A DNA stretch of 49,933 nucleotides from a virus (Duplodnaviria; Caudoviricetes), in IMG/VR virus record IMGVR_UViG_3300037483_000858, positions 1 through 49,933 of that record, one strand, 5' to 3'. The first letter of the stretch is position 1. Each line of letters opens with the position of its first letter. The notes beneath the pieces were generated by a model, which was given only the letters and a program-made list of their open reading frames with translations, did no database searches and was not told the DNA's origin. Of the stretch, positions 33,677 through 42,783 are shown one piece after another. A program made the position numbers and the translations under genes.

Positions 33677-35260
33677 TTACGCCCGCCAAGCCCCGTCAGG
33701 TTGCATCAGGATCATTTGTCGCTTGCCGTTCCGTAATTGCACATCGCAAGCGACAGCCCATGAGCTCATGCCCTTGTTGTATCCCATCTCGAGCGAGCAG
33801 ACACCCACCTGGTGCGCGCCGTCCAGTATCCCGGGCGCGTGCCCGTGGCCGGACGTGCTTTTCGGCCCGATCCTGGCGAACTGCCTCAACCCGCCGCGGC
33901 TCCCGTTGGCGCCGAGGTGTCCGTGCATGCCATATTCCACGCCGCCGACGGCGAAGCTGTCGTCTTCCCGCAGGAAGCGCACGCCTTCGATGTCGGCGGA
34001 CTGGCGGCAGGCGTGCTCGAAGATCGAGAAGCGTGCATCGCCGCGGGCGATCGCCTCGAACACGGCGAGCTGGGAGCGCAGGAAGAACAGCGCATTGGCA
34101 GGGTCCATACCGTAGGCCGACGTGTTCTTCAGCCACTTGAGGAAGGCGAGGTCGTGATTCGATTCGACCACGACCGATTCGCACCACGGCCGCCGCGTGT
34201 CGTGCAGGAAGGTCGCGGCACCCCTGATGTCGGCTTCGACCGAGTCCTCGTTGCGGCACCACCGCTCGAACAGGAAATGGATGTCGCCGAGATTGTGGTG
34301 GTTGCGCGACCGGAAGTCGAGCACGTCGTGGAACATCTGGTGTTCCGGCCGCAGCGTGTCGAGCATGTTGCCGTCGCAGAAGAACAGATGCTGGGCGACC
34401 GACGGCTCGAGCTTCTCGTGGTGGATGTCCGGCCATGCGATCGCCGTCACCCGGTTGCCGGTCGATATCGCTCCGTCGGCCACGCAGACGTCCAGATCCT
34501 GAAAGCCGCCTCCGTCGTCGGCCAGCAGGTGGCGCATCCACGTCCGGCCGCGGTTGTCCACCTCGATCAGCAGCGCGCCGAGGATGTGGTGGAACTGCGC
34601 CTTCATGCCGGCCTTCTTCTGCACGTAGTTGGGCAGGGTCACCGCGCCGGTGGTCATGTTGAACTTGGCGCCGGTCGCCTTGGGCTGCGCCACGGTGGTC
34701 AGCGCCACCTTGGCATGCGGGAAGACGCCGTGCAGCGAGCCGCTGTAGCCCTCGAGGCCGCTCAGGGGGTGGACGGCGGTCGGCAGGGTGTTCATCTCGG
34801 CGCAGATCGCCACGGAGCCCGCCACGTGCGTCTGCTCGAACGACAGGTGCGGCTGGATCTCCTCGGCGAACAGGCCGCTCTTCGGCGCGTGGTCGCTGTA
34901 CAGCGCCTTGTTGTAGGTGAAGCCACCGACGACCAGCCGGGCGTCGAGGTGGGCGGCGTAGGCCATCAGATTGGCGAGGAAGGGCCCGTGGACGGTGGTG
35001 GCGTCCTGGGCGGCGGTGACGATGAACCGCTTGATGCCGGTGCGCGGTCTGGCGACCTTGCGCGGCTCCGGCACGTCGTGGTGGCTGACGTCGAGCTCGC
35101 ACGGTTGCAGGCCGGTCGCGCGGGCGTTGCGCAGCCGCGCCTGGAAGGTCGAGCGGTTCAGGCCGAGCCGTTCGGCGGCGCGTATCTCGACGCAACCGCA
35201 CTCGTGCCAGGCGTCGATGGCCTCCTGCAACTGCTCCGTGCCGAGGCGGTGGCCAGCCAT
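33677..35260 (-). CDS. T5 A1-like metallophosphoesterase/nuclease with an N-terminal HTH
   Basis: KRFIVTAAQ, FTYNK, EMNTLPTA..PLSG, NYVQKKAG.KA..H, DIH.EKL, HDVLDFRSRNHHN, VESNHD, DPANA, HGH.GANGSRG, MGYNKG.SSW, all recalled as shared with T5 A1. Confidence 0.8.
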   Translation of the reverse strand: MAGHRLGTEQLQEAIDAWHECGCVEIRAAERLGLNRSTFQARLRNARATGLQPCELDVSHHDVPEPRKVARPRTGIKRFIVTAAQDATTVHGPFLANLMAYAAHLDARLVVGGFTYNKALYSDHAPKSGLFAEEIQPHLSFEQTHVAGSVAICAEMNTLPTAVHPLSGLEGYSGSLHGVFPHAKVALTTVAQPKATGAKFNMTTGAVTLPNYVQKKAGMKAQFHHILGALLIEVDNRGRTWMRHLLADDGGGFQDLDVCVADGAISTGNRVTAIAWPDIHHEKLEPSVAQHLFFCDGNMLDTLRPEHQMFHDVLDFRSRNHHNLGDIHFLFERWCRNEDSVEADIRGAATFLHDTRRPWCESVVVESNHDLAFLKWLKNTSAYGMDPANALFFLRSQLAVFEAIARGDARFSIFEHACRQSADIEGVRFLREDDSFAVGGVEYGMHGHLGANGSRGGLRQFARIGPKSTSGHGHAPGILDGAHQVGVCSLEMGYNKGMSSWAVACDVQLRNGKRQMILMQPDGAWRA

Positions 35261-35496
35261 CAGTGCTTCGGCAGGTGGAACTGCGTGCGGCCGACGACGG
35301 CGCACTTGGGGATGGTCATCACGCCGGCTACCTCGTCACCGGCGATGTGCGCGGCGATCGTCACGAAGTGCTCGTCCTCGTGCAGGATGTAGCCGAAGGA
35401 GGTGCAGGCCGCGCCGGACGTGTCGATGGAGTCGCGCGCCACCCAGCCGCTGCCATGGTGGCAACTGTCGATCCAGTGGATGATCTCGGGGGTCAT
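35260..35496 (-). CDS. Conserved small phage protein (W.D...W...C.S.G motif, Sm-like)
   Basis: IHWIDS..GW....CTSFGYILHED...IPKCAV. Confidence 0.65.
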   Translation of the reverse strand: MTPEIIHWIDSCHHGSGWVARDSIDTSGAACTSFGYILHEDEHFVTIAAHIAGDEVAGVMTIPKCAVVGRTQFHLPKH

Positions 35497-35618
35497 AGCA
35501 GGTCGTAGAACGCTGCGGTTGCGCCGGTGTCAGGCGGTCCATCGCCGCCGCCGCCCAGCCACAGCGCCAGCGCGGCGAGCAGGCCGGTAGCGATCAGGAT
35601 GCCGTCTATGGGGCTCAT
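35493..35618 (-). CDS. Small single-TM protein (41 aa)
   Basis: ATGA overlaps on both sides. Confidence 0.45.
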   Translation of the reverse strand: MSPIDGILIATGLLAALALWLGGGGDGPPDTGATAAFYDLL

Positions 35619-35821
35619 TTGCCGTGCCCGCGCTTGTCGCCGCACAGGCGGCGGTGCTTCGCGTTGTGCGCGAGGATCTGGCGCTTGGTGAGCGCGGTGT
35701 CGGCGCGGGCGGGATTGATGATCTTCGCCACCTGGCAGAACTCGCGGGTGACGGTCGGAGCGTCGGCCGAGCAGTACATGATCAGGCCGAGCAGGCCGAA
35801 GCAGAGGGTGCCGGCTGTCAT
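35615..35821 (-). CDS. Putative o-spanin lipoprotein
   Basis: Signal + Cys, then FC..AK.I....DT..TKRQI.AHN....C pattern of alphaproteobacterial phage Rz1-like proteins. Confidence 0.6.
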   Translation of the reverse strand: MTAGTLCFGLLGLIMYCSADAPTVTREFCQVAKIINPARADTALTKRQILAHNAKHRRLCGDKRGHGK

Positions 35822-36294
35822 GTCCCAACCCGCTCATCGGTGCCGTACCAGACGAACTCGCCCCGCTCGCCGACCGGCAGGTGCTCGCGGCAGCCGACGC
35901 AGAACGTACCGTCATAAAATTTTGGATCGCGGGCATAGGTCTCGGCGATGGCCTGAGACATCGTGGTGGCGACTCCGCAGCCCTTGCCGATGCTGTCGAT
36001 CTCGGCCTGCGTCCAGAACCGCCCGGTAATAGGCGATTCGCTCTCCGGATACGCCTCAAACTTGACGTAGTCGAACTTCGCATACCGCTCTGCCTCGTCC
36101 GGAGTCAGGTCGCGCAGCGGGTGCCTGCCCGCCTGCCGACCGACATGGACATACCGCAGCCGCACCGGACGCACGAAGCCCTTGGCCCGCTCCTCCGGCG
36201 CCAGGACGACGTAACCCTGCTGCTGCCCGTCTGGCTTGAGGTTGCGGTGCTCATCGGTGACAGGTCCGCCCCCCGATAATTGTATGTTGCTCAT
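35818..36294 (-). CDS. Conserved Zn-finger phage protein
   Basis: YVVL..EERAKGFVRPVR..Y.H ... CG..T.M...IAETYARDPKFY..TFCV.C. Confidence 0.7.
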   Translation of the reverse strand: MSNIQLSGGGPVTDEHRNLKPDGQQQGYVVLAPEERAKGFVRPVRLRYVHVGRQAGRHPLRDLTPDEAERYAKFDYVKFEAYPESESPITGRFWTQAEIDSIGKGCGVATTMSQAIAETYARDPKFYDGTFCVGCREHLPVGERGEFVWYGTDERVGT

Positions 36295-36515
36295 CCCCTA
36301 AAATCCTCTTCCAGGGCCGCGTCGACCTGTTCATCGGTCATGGCGGCGATCTCGTCTTCTACCGCTTGTCCCACGCCAACCGCGTCGGCCACGGCCAGCA
36401 GCGACTTGGCGATCGCCTTCTGCTCTCCGGCATCGAGAAGCTGGCGATCGCGCATGATCTCACCGACCAGCACGGCCAGCTTCAAGAGGCCGGAGAGGAT
36501 AGAAAGCAGGTTCAC
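36291..36515 (-). CDS. Putative i-spanin
   Basis: N-terminal TM plus helical C-terminus; follows the holin. Confidence 0.55.
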   Translation of the reverse strand: MNLLSILSGLLKLAVLVGEIMRDRQLLDAGEQKAIAKSLLAVADAVGVGQAVEDEIAAMTDEQVDAALEEDFRG

Positions 36516-36522
36516 GGCGGTG

Positions 36523-36699
36523 TCAGGCTTCGGAGTCGCCGCTGTTCCAGATCATCCACCAGACGAATGCGCCGACGGACAGAGCGCCGCCGATAGCCGT
36601 CTGGTAGAGGTCGCTAGAAGCGATGGCGTCGCCGAACAGGTAGCCGCCGCCGGTGTACAGCGCGATGCGGAGCACCTGCTGGATTGAGTCCCAAGTCAT
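36523..36699 (-). CDS. Putative holin (58 aa, 2 TM)
   Basis: MTWDSIQQVLRIALYTGGGYLFG...AFVWWMIWN; RBS AAGGA; directly after the endolysin. Confidence 0.65.
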   Translation of the reverse strand: MTWDSIQQVLRIALYTGGGYLFGDAIASSDLYQTAIGGALSVGAFVWWMIWNSGDSEA

Positions 36700-36724
36700 A
36701 TTGGTAGTCCTTTCAAGGTTGAGG

Positions 36725-37384
36725 TCAGGTCTTCAGGAGAGCCGCCCACGTGAGCGGCCCGACAACGCCGTCGGGCTCGAGCCCGCTTCTTTTCTGGAAC
36801 TCCTTGACGGCCGTTTCGGTCTTCGGGCCGAAGTGTCCGTCCACGACGACGTCGAGATGCCCTTGCAGCGTCCGGTTGATGTCGCCTCGCGGCGACCCGC
36901 GCCGAAGCACCACGCGGGCGTACCACGGGTCTGCCACCGGCCTGGCCCGTCCGCCGTGCAGCATGTGCCCCTCGGCATCGAGGTTGAGCACGGCCTTGTA
37001 GTCGAACACCGGGCACGTCTTGGCCGACACCTCGCAGTGGCCGTGGAAGGTCACTTCGCCGCCGTAGGCGATGTCGATGTCGCCGCAGAGCGTGCGCAGC
37101 GTGTCGAACTGCGCCTCGGTGAACTTCGCCTTGTCGAGCCCGTGGCAGCAGATGGCGATCGTGCCGGTGTTGTGGTTCGCCTGCGCCGCCGGCGTGCGCT
37201 CGAGCGAACGGCCGTCCTCCAGCGTGCCGTCCTTGCGGATGAAAGCGTGGTATCCCACGTCCGACCAGCCGCGCTGCTTGTGCCACTGGCGCATGGTGGC
37301 GACGTTGTCGTGCGCCGGGTTGTCCGACGCCGAGCAGTGGATGAAGACGCGGCTGACCGCGCGGACGGGCTTCTTGAAGGTCAA
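36725..37384 (-). CDS. Endolysin: N-acetylmuramoyl-L-alanine amidase (Amidase_2) + peptidoglycan-binding domain
   Basis: FIHCSA, RGWSDVGYH, GHCE...KTCP; DGHFGPKTETAVKEFQ..GL.PDGVVGP.TW. Confidence 0.92.
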   Translation of the reverse strand: MTFKKPVRAVSRVFIHCSASDNPAHDNVATMRQWHKQRGWSDVGYHAFIRKDGTLEDGRSLERTPAAQANHNTGTIAICCHGLDKAKFTEAQFDTLRTLCGDIDIAYGGEVTFHGHCEVSAKTCPVFDYKAVLNLDAEGHMLHGGRARPVADPWYARVVLRRGSPRGDINRTLQGHLDVVVDGHFGPKTETAVKEFQKRSGLEPDGVVGPLTWAALLKT

Positions 37385-37393
37385 TTCGTTCTC

Positions 37394-37807
37394 CTAGATG
37401 TCCGGCGTCTGCTTGTAGACGCTGATCAAAATCTTGTGGTGCAGCGCCAGCGGCATCGGGATCGTCTCGCAGATCACGCCGTCAATGACGTCGCCGACCA
37501 GCGCGACGACGCCCTGCGGCATGATCACCGGCTCGGAGACCAGCAGCCGGTAGCCGATCATCTCCGGCCCGTCGGGCAGCACGTTCGCGGCGTTCACGAT
37601 CTCGGCGTAGAGCGCCGACCTGGCGCCGCCGAGATGCTCGAACCGGATGGACGGCGCCTTCGCGACAAACGTCCGAGGATTGCTGCAACTCTCGGCCACC
37701 ATCGGCGTGACGCTTTCGCCGGCGTCCTCGGCTTCCACTCGCCCCACGAACGTGAGGGCCAGCACGAATACGCACGTCCACACCACTGCATCGCGAAAAC
37801 GGGTCAT
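37394..37807 (-). CDS. Secreted/periplasmic hypothetical protein
   Basis: Signal peptide ending VEA; first gene after the 37843-37871 promoter. Confidence 0.6.
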   Translation of the reverse strand: MTRFRDAVVWTCVFVLALTFVGRVEAEDAGESVTPMVAESCSNPRTFVAKAPSIRFEHLGGARSALYAEIVNAANVLPDGPEMIGYRLLVSEPVIMPQGVVALVGDVIDGVICETIPMPLALHHKILISVYKQTPDI

Positions 37808-37842
37808 GGGAGCCCCCTTGCGGAATGTCGCTCGATGTCGCG

Positions 37843-37871
37843 ATACTACGCCGACAAAGTACGACAGTCAA
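37843..37871 (-). promoter_or_regulatory. Promoter TTGACT-N17-TAGTAT for the lysis operon
   Basis: Exact spacing; followed by tandem CGACAT motifs. Confidence 0.65.
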
Positions 37872-40105
37872 TCCGAAGAGAAGCTGTCGTCGTCGGTCAT
37901 CTCGCGCGAGCCGGCCGCGTAGCCGAGCAAACGGTTGAGCTTGGCATTCCAGCCGGGGCCCTGAATCTCCGACACCGGCTTGTCGAGCAGATGACGCGCG
38001 AGGTCCGGATCGAACCACATGCGGTCGACCAGCCGCTTCATCTTGCTCTCCAGCGTCATCTGCTTGAGCCCCGGGACGAGGTTCAGGCCGACCCGGATGC
38101 GCTTCATGATCATGCCGGTCTTGATGGCGTTGCCGGTGTAGGCCAGCACCGCGGCCTCGAAGGCGTTGGCAAGCTGCTGGTTCTCGGCGGTGGCCGAACC
38201 GGCGACCGACTGGCGGCCGAGGTTGCCGAGCGGCTCGAGCATCTTGTGCGCGCGGCGCAGCGCGTTCATGTCCTCTGGGCTGAACACCTTCGCCAGCCCC
38301 TTCTCGTGCTGCTTGAACACCTTCTGCAGCGCGGCGATCGACACCGGACCGTCGGCCGTGCCGGTGAGCGCGGTGTTGGTCGTCGTCACCTGGTCGGCCA
38401 GCACCTCGGCCACGGCCGCGCGCCAGCCGCGCATCGCCTCCGGGTTGGTGCCGATGGCCTCGTTCACCTGGTCGAGAAGCTGTTCGGTGCCGTACTCCTT
38501 GCCGCCGAAGATGCGCTTGGCGACATTGCGCGGATCCTTCTCCATCAGCGCGGCGACCGTGTCACTGTCACGCAGCGCATTGATCGGCGCGCTGCCTTCC
38601 TTGTACTTCGTCAGGTACTGGCCGAACTCTGGCGCCGCGGCGTTGATCTGCGCGTCGAGCGCGTCGCGCACCTCGATCATCTCCTTCTTGGCATAGCGGC
38701 CGGTCGGCGTGTCGGTGCGCCCATCGATGATGTCGCTGATCGCCTTGCGCGTCTCGTAGAGACCGCGGACCGACGTGTCGAGCGCGTCGGGGTTGTCCGG
38801 ATCGACCCGGGCCGGCTTCAGCATCTCGCGCGCCTTGGTCAGCGCATCGCGCACCGCCGGCCGCTTGGCCTCGCCGAGCATGGTGTCGATCTTGTCAACC
38901 ACAGGCTGCGCGTCGACCATCGCGCCGGATTGCTCGGCCCGCTCGAGCAGCGGCAGCGCGTCGGCGTCGCGCGCATCGGCCAAGTCCCTCGGACGCTGTT
39001 GCGCGTATTCGGTGGCGGCCGACTGGTCGGCGCCGGGGTCACGCAAACCGGTGACGCGGTCCTGTGCGGCGTCCTTGAGCGCCTGATCACTCTCCTGAAA
39101 CGGCACCGGGTCGCGACCGCGCGCGCCACGCTCCATCGCGGTGAGCCCGATGTCGTCGCTGGCGATGCCCGCCGTCGGCACCGGCTCGCCGGCGTTGCGC
39201 GCCGCTTCGACCCGCTGGCCGATGCGCGCGCTGGCCTTGGCCGGGTCGGTGGCCGCGCCCTGCACCATGCGCGCGGTGTGTTCGGCCACCCGGCGGCTGG
39301 TCGCCCCAAGCGACTCCGGGTCGAGCGCGATGCTCGGATCCGCGCGCAGGCTGTTTACCGCGCGCACTGCGTCCCTGGGCGAGCGAACGACATTGGCGGC
39401 AAGCGAACCGCCAAAACCACCCGCCAGTACGCCAAGCATGTCCATGATGGGACTATCTGGGTAGTTCTCCTGCGCTTGGTCGATACCGAGACCGGAGCCA
39501 ACCCCGGCGCCGACATCGCCGGCCAGCGTCCGGCCGGGGCTCTGGGCGTAGGGCCGCATAAGCCCGTCCAGCAGACCGGGCTTGGGCGCGGCGGCCCCGG
39601 GCGCGAACTTGGCCCCCGCCGCAGTGGACAGGCCGGCGCCGGAGGTCAGTGCCGCCGTGCCGAACCGATTGATATCTCCAATCTGCCGCTCGCCGCGGCT
39701 GCGCTCTTCTTCCTCGAACGGCTTGAAGCCCATGAACTCGGAGAGCGTGGACATCATGTTCGAGATGCTGTCGGCCCCCATGAACGGCTCTTCTATCCGG
39801 GGCAAGTTGGTGCTCACGTCCGGTACGCCGGGGATCATTCCGGGGATCTTGGACAGCATATCGACCGCGGAGAAGCCGAGATTGGTCGCTCCCGACATCA
39901 GGTCGACCGGCATGCCGGCCACATCGGCCAACCCTTTACCGACGTCTTGCGCACCCATGGCCAGGGGGCGGGCGGGACCGCTGCGGAACGCTTCGCCCGC
40001 GTTCTGCTCCCTCACAAGGAACTTGCGTCCGGCGCGGACCGCTTCCGAAGGATCATCGGTTTCGATCTCGAGGACGCGGCCGTCCTCCAGTTCAACCTCA
40101 ATCAC
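37868..40105 (-). CDS. Internal virion/DNA ejection protein (745 aa)
   Basis: MIEVELEDGRVLEI N-terminus, Ala/Gly-rich helical; position after the nozzle. Confidence 0.7.
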   Translation of the reverse strand: MIEVELEDGRVLEIETDDPSEAVRAGRKFLVREQNAGEAFRSGPARPLAMGAQDVGKGLADVAGMPVDLMSGATNLGFSAVDMLSKIPGMIPGVPDVSTNLPRIEEPFMGADSISNMMSTLSEFMGFKPFEEEERSRGERQIGDINRFGTAALTSGAGLSTAAGAKFAPGAAAPKPGLLDGLMRPYAQSPGRTLAGDVGAGVGSGLGIDQAQENYPDSPIMDMLGVLAGGFGGSLAANVVRSPRDAVRAVNSLRADPSIALDPESLGATSRRVAEHTARMVQGAATDPAKASARIGQRVEAARNAGEPVPTAGIASDDIGLTAMERGARGRDPVPFQESDQALKDAAQDRVTGLRDPGADQSAATEYAQQRPRDLADARDADALPLLERAEQSGAMVDAQPVVDKIDTMLGEAKRPAVRDALTKAREMLKPARVDPDNPDALDTSVRGLYETRKAISDIIDGRTDTPTGRYAKKEMIEVRDALDAQINAAAPEFGQYLTKYKEGSAPINALRDSDTVAALMEKDPRNVAKRIFGGKEYGTEQLLDQVNEAIGTNPEAMRGWRAAVAEVLADQVTTTNTALTGTADGPVSIAALQKVFKQHEKGLAKVFSPEDMNALRRAHKMLEPLGNLGRQSVAGSATAENQQLANAFEAAVLAYTGNAIKTGMIMKRIRVGLNLVPGLKQMTLESKMKRLVDRMWFDPDLARHLLDKPVSEIQGPGWNAKLNRLLGYAAGSREMTDDDSFSSD

Positions 40106-41472
40106 TGTATGACCTCCCCCTCGTTATTGAGGCGGATTCGCGGAGTGGCCGGTGCAGCAGGCTGCATCTGCGCCGGAGCGGGCGCACCCGGGGCCGGAGC
40201 GACGGGAGCCGCCGGCTGTGCGCCGCCCTGCCCGCCGAGGTAGCGGTCGACCACGGCCTGACGGCTGGAGATGATCCTGCGCGCCGCATCGATCTTGGCC
40301 TTGAGCGCCGGGGCGCTCGACAGGATGGCCTTCGGATCGCCGAGGATCTCGCGCATGATCGCGATGTCCTTGTCGCTGACCGAGCGGTTTTCCTGGCCGG
40401 CGAGCGCACTGGCGCCGGAGTAGACGATCAGGCCCCACACGGTATCGACCTCCGGCAGCCCGGTGTCGTAGCCGCCGAACACGAGATTCGGATCGACGCC
40501 ACTGGCCGAGAGGGTCGACGCGACTTTCTGCGCCGCCTCGCTGATCGTGCCGGCACCAAGCAATTGTGCGGCATTTTGTCCCAGCTGGCCGATCTCCTGT
40601 CCGATCGAGCGCACCGCGCCGGTCAGGCCGAATCGGGTCGGGTCGCTGAGAAGCTCGTCGGCATGGTCGGCCAGGGCATTGAACTGGTCGTAGGCGATGC
40701 GCTTGCTCTGCAGGTCGGTGCGCACGGCGTTGGTCAGCCCGACGGCACCGGCGTCGCCTTCGACGTTGCCGATGTAGCCACCGGGCGGCAACGGCTGGCC
40801 GGTCTGCGAATCGGTCTGGCCGTCGTGCGTGATGAAGCTGCGGCCATCGCGCAGGATATAGTTGCGCGGAGTGCCGGCAGGGCCAGCCGCACCAATATAG
40901 TTCCGTTCGGCCTGCGGCAATTCGCCCATCTGGCCGAAGTGCTGGCCGGCTGCGGTGCCTTGACGCTCCGAGTTGTTCAGTATCGGCTGGAGCCCGGAAA
41001 GGTCTCCCTGCCGACCGAACACCGGGTTGCCTTGCGCGTCCAGCGCCGGCTGCGGCTTCATGTTGAACTGGCGCTGCGTCTCAGCCATCGTCGTGTCGAA
41101 AGCCGGCTTGGTGCTGCTGTATGCACCGCCAGCGCCAAGTGTCGAGTTGACCGCCGCGGGACTGTCCGCGCCGCCCTGCTGGTAGTTCCGCCAGCGGTCG
41201 TAATCGGCGAGCTTAGACGGGTCGATGCCGGCGCCGAACATCGCGGCACCGGCGGCGTTGGCCGGGATATTCTCGCCCGGCTTGCCGAACAGGCCGAGGA
41301 TCTTCATCATCTCCTCGGTCTCGGTGTTCTGCCGCTGCATCTCGTAAATCTTCTGCCGCTTGAGCTCGTCGCCAAGCGGGTCGGATTGCTGGCGGCTGCG
41401 GCCAAGCGACTGCAACATCTCGCCCATGGGGCCGAGACCGGAACCGCGATAGCTGTTGATGATCTTGGGCAT
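40102..41472 (-). CDS. Internal virion/ejection protein (456 aa)
   Basis: Gly/Gln/Ala-rich; synteny. Confidence 0.65.
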   Translation of the reverse strand: MPKIINSYRGSGLGPMGEMLQSLGRSRQQSDPLGDELKRQKIYEMQRQNTETEEMMKILGLFGKPGENIPANAAGAAMFGAGIDPSKLADYDRWRNYQQGGADSPAAVNSTLGAGGAYSSTKPAFDTTMAETQRQFNMKPQPALDAQGNPVFGRQGDLSGLQPILNNSERQGTAAGQHFGQMGELPQAERNYIGAAGPAGTPRNYILRDGRSFITHDGQTDSQTGQPLPPGGYIGNVEGDAGAVGLTNAVRTDLQSKRIAYDQFNALADHADELLSDPTRFGLTGAVRSIGQEIGQLGQNAAQLLGAGTISEAAQKVASTLSASGVDPNLVFGGYDTGLPEVDTVWGLIVYSGASALAGQENRSVSDKDIAIMREILGDPKAILSSAPALKAKIDAARRIISSRQAVVDRYLGGQGGAQPAAPVAPAPGAPAPAQMQPAAPATPRIRLNNEGEVIQ

Positions 41473-42074
41473 CAGCCGAAGAAACCCCCCAGCCCGGAGA
41501 GAAGACCGCCGAGACCGCTGCGCGGCTTGTTCGCCTGCACCTCGGCGAAGTCTTGCTCATATGGCAATATCGCCATGTTGCCGCGGCTGAAGTCGTTCTG
41601 GATGCCGATGTCGCGGCCGGCGCCGGTGGTGTCGACCCCCTGGTCGAACCAGTAGTTGGAGTAGCCGCCGAGCGCGCCGAGCGCCTTGGCCTGCGTGGTC
41701 GACTGCTGGAACGTGTCGAGCATCTTCTTGGCGAGCGCGCTGCGCACGATCGGCGGCGCGCTGCCGCTGATCGGCGCGCCCGCCTCATAATCCGGCGTCT
41801 CGATATTGGCGGCGATCTCCTCGCCGGTGCCCGCCTTGGCGGCGTTCAGATCGCCTTCCGGATCGGCCGCCTGCCCGTCGGTGCGGTCGTTGAACCGTTC
41901 GCGGGCGACGCGCGCATACTCGTCGTTGCGCTTCAGCGCCGCCTGCAGGCGCTGGTTACGCGCCCTGGCGATACGGTCGGCGTTCTTCTGGTCCTCGCTG
42001 GCCGTGACCATGCCGCCGATGCCCTGGAGAAGGCCACCGAGAAGTCCGCCTGCGGCGCCACCTGGAAGACACAT
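41472..42074 (-). CDS. Internal virion/ejection protein (200 aa)
   Basis: MC start and Gly-rich termini typical of pilot proteins. Confidence 0.6.
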   Translation of the reverse strand: MCLPGGAAGGLLGGLLQGIGGMVTASEDQKNADRIARARNQRLQAALKRNDEYARVARERFNDRTDGQAADPEGDLNAAKAGTGEEIAANIETPDYEAGAPISGSAPPIVRSALAKKMLDTFQQSTTQAKALGALGGYSNYWFDQGVDTTGAGRDIGIQNDFSRGNMAILPYEQDFAEVQANKPRSGLGGLLSGLGGFFG

Positions 42075-42084
42075 GGCGCGGCTC

Positions 42085-42717
42085 CTACTTCACGACCGAG
42101 CTTGAGCCCGATCCGCTGGCCGTATAGAGCGACGGCGTCCTGCTGGCGTATGGGCTGCCGAGCTGTGGCTTCTGCTGGCCGCTGTTGGCGAAGCCGCTCA
42201 GGATGCCGGCGAACAGCGAGCCGAGCGGCGAGAAGCTGGGCGGCGCGGCCAGTGCGGTCGCCTGACCGACAGCGCGGGCGCCTATGCCTTCCGGGTCGGC
42301 GCTCGACTGGTTGAGCGCATAGAGGTCGGTCTTGGAGTTCTCGACGCTCGAGCGCAGGCCGCGCGACGCGGCGTCGGCATCGTTGGCCACCTGAGTGCGC
42401 CCCTGATCGTAAGTCTTCTGCAGCTCGCCCATCTTGGCGATGCCGGGGGTCGATTCCAGAATGCCCCGGCCGGACAGCGCCGCGGTCAGCTGGTCGAGCG
42501 CGGTGTTGTACTGGTCGTCGACCTGGGGGTTGTAGTAGCCGGTGTACGTGTCCTTGTAGCCGCCGTAATAGTCGTCGTCGAAGGTGGAATACGCCTCGTC
42601 GATCTTGCCCTTGCCGGCGAGAATGTCGGCCTGGCGCTTTTCCTCGCGCGCCCGGGTCTCGGCTTCGGCCTTGGCGGCTTCATCCCCTGCGTTGCTCTTC
42701 GGTGCTCCAATGCACAT
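42085..42717 (-). CDS. Internal virion protein (210 aa)
   Basis: MC start; synteny. Confidence 0.6.
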   Translation of the reverse strand: MCIGAPKSNAGDEAAKAEAETRAREEKRQADILAGKGKIDEAYSTFDDDYYGGYKDTYTGYYNPQVDDQYNTALDQLTAALSGRGILESTPGIAKMGELQKTYDQGRTQVANDADAASRGLRSSVENSKTDLYALNQSSADPEGIGARAVGQATALAAPPSFSPLGSLFAGILSGFANSGQQKPQLGSPYASRTPSLYTASGSGSSSVVK

Positions 42718-42783
42718 AACGGTCAATCCTGATCCTGAGATCCGGATTGAGCGACGTCCGGCAGCTACGCTCTCGTGGTGAAT

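Noticed and set aside
36653-40243. 1196-aa plus-strand ORF (also 43293-46745, 47101-49212, 892-2316, 33812-35392, 25714-27927)
   Set aside because: Antisense shadows of real genes caused by high-GC codon bias; no recognisable motifs.
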